A stretch of 64,000 nucleotides of DNA from Candidatus Saccharibacteria bacterium 49-20. GTDB lineage: Bacteria > Patescibacteriota > Saccharimonadia > Saccharimonadales > Saccharimonadaceae. Shown here piece by piece: positions 63,217 through 64,000 of the stretch. Location: contig MKSN01000001.1 in the NCBI GenBank assembly GCA_001897295.1, forward strand, positions 672,141 through 736,140. Reading direction: 5' to 3'. The stretch's first letter is position 1, and each line of letters begins with the position of its first letter. The notes under the pieces are model-generated. The model was not told the DNA's origin. It did no database searches and saw only the letters and a list, made by a program, of their open reading frames with translations. A program made the translations under genes and the position numbers.

Positions 63217-64000
63217 CTACAGGCTACCCTGAGGTGACTGCAACTGGCTCATTGTTTGGGTCCAGTTAAGGCGCGTCAAAATCTCGGCAGTTTCAGCCTC
63301 TGTCGCAGGCTTCGTTTGTTTATTCGCACTGCTTGACCCCACTACCCCGTACTTAATTTCCATTGGAAGTTTCGCCAAGTTTCCTGTTGTCGCCTTCGCT
63401 AGACAATCATCCTTAAAGGCCCCACAGGTATTACCCAATTCGAGCCATGAGGCCAGCTGGTCGCTCTTGGCATTGGTTGTGTTCATGACAACATTTATTA
63501 TCGCCGAGCGAGTTACCTCTTTGTTCGCTTGCTGGTCAAAGATGAAGTTCCCCATCGAGTACACAATGAGCTTACCCTTGTAGGTCTCGGTTGATTGCAC
63601 CCAGTGGGGGTGGTTACCAATAACCATATCCGCCCCCGCATCAATCATCGCGCGGTAGGTGGTGGTACGGATACTATCTGGGCCGGCTTTGTATTCGGCG
63701 CCCATGTGTGGCATCACGATGACGGGCATAAGTTCTGAGTACTTTTTAATTTCATCAATTGATGCCGCGGGTGGAATCTTAAAGACCCCGTTATAGCCAC
63801 ATAGTGCGATTGGTAGCTTCTGGTCTTTTGTTGTCTTGTCGTCGTACGAAACCGTGACCGGCAGTGCAACAACTTCGCAAGAATCTTCGGTGACTACAGG
63901 ATCGTAGTGTCCGAAATATTGAATACCGTTTTTATCAAGTTGCTGCTTTGTTTCGGTAAAACCGGCCGCTCCCCTATTGTCCGTATGGTTGTTAGCAAGT
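63217..64000 (-). CDS. CapA-family metallophosphoesterase-like protein, C-terminal part (gene continues past window end)
   Basis: The frame stays open upstream of the ORF-track Met to position 63999 and reads LANNHTDNRG at the edge (CapA NNH motif). GNHPHWVQ and YSMGNFIFDQ lie downstream. Confidence 0.78.
   Translation of the reverse strand, partial: LANNHTDNRGAAGFTETKQQLDKNGIQYFGHYDPVVTEDSCEVVALPVTVSYDDKTTKDQKLPIALCGYNGVFKIPPAASIDEIKKYSELMPVIVMPHMGAEYKAGPDSIRTTTYRAMIDAGADMVIGNHPHWVQSTETYKGKLIVYSMGNFIFDQQANKEVTRSAIINVVMNTTNAKSDQLASWLELGNTCGAFKDDCLAKATTGNLAKLPMEIKYGVVGSSSANKQTKPATEAETAEILTRLNWTQTMSQLQSPQGSL

Noticed and set aside
1-64000. A search for CRISPR arrays, rRNA genes, transposases/IS elements, integrases other than Xer, reverse transcriptases and phage structural genes.
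   Set aside because: None was seen. There are no regularly spaced direct repeats, no rRNA-like conserved stretches, and no ORF with DDE, HUH or RT motifs in the supplied translations.

Overview
This window is gene-dense, with about 65 CDS and 1 tRNA. G+C is roughly 50% and most genes are on the minus strand. There are no rRNA genes, CRISPR arrays or transposase genes. The content looks like a reduced monoderm genome of the Saccharibacteria/CPR type; that placement is an inference from gene content, not a search result. Housekeeping genes: ndk, uppP, xer recombinase, ychF, tlyA, efp, rpsR-ssb-rpsF, ftsK, RNase J, udg, ABC-F, pnp, FKBP, NUDIX, an ABC-2 exporter, rpsO, truB, rpsT, holA, mutM, polA, rpoD-dnaG and a CapA-like gene.

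The dominant accessory feature is a 15.5 kb minus-strand type IV pilus (T4P) supercluster at 3173-18734. It runs pilM-N-O, pilB, pilT, pilC, pilA, pilD, three minor pilins and a PilX-like gene, and has no secretin. Two ~600-aa secreted paralogs of unknown function head the cluster, and both end in PPRF.

Other notable items:
- A ~1.9 kb island (19.9-21.8 kb) of very high G+C carries a translationally coupled sortase-like gene plus a surface protein with an AAHTG/TM/basic-tail sorting signal. It sits behind a native-looking AT-rich promoter.
- Two single-gene elevated-GC cassettes lie on the opposite strand to their neighbours (28129-28599 and 37066-37605). Each has a GAAAGGAAG Shine-Dalgarno (SD) sequence and its own GC-rich hairpin terminator.
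- A modular pilin is fused to a 7-bladed RCC1 propeller (28689-30260).
- A WhiB-like Fe-S domain is fused to three HTH-like repeats, immediately downstream of rpoD (58376-59350).
- A 1156-aa multi-pass membrane protein lies behind a near-consensus promoter.
- Many genes have a -10 box only 6-10 nt from the start codon and no SD, which suggests leaderless mRNAs.

All functional calls come from reading motifs in the supplied translations. No database search was run.
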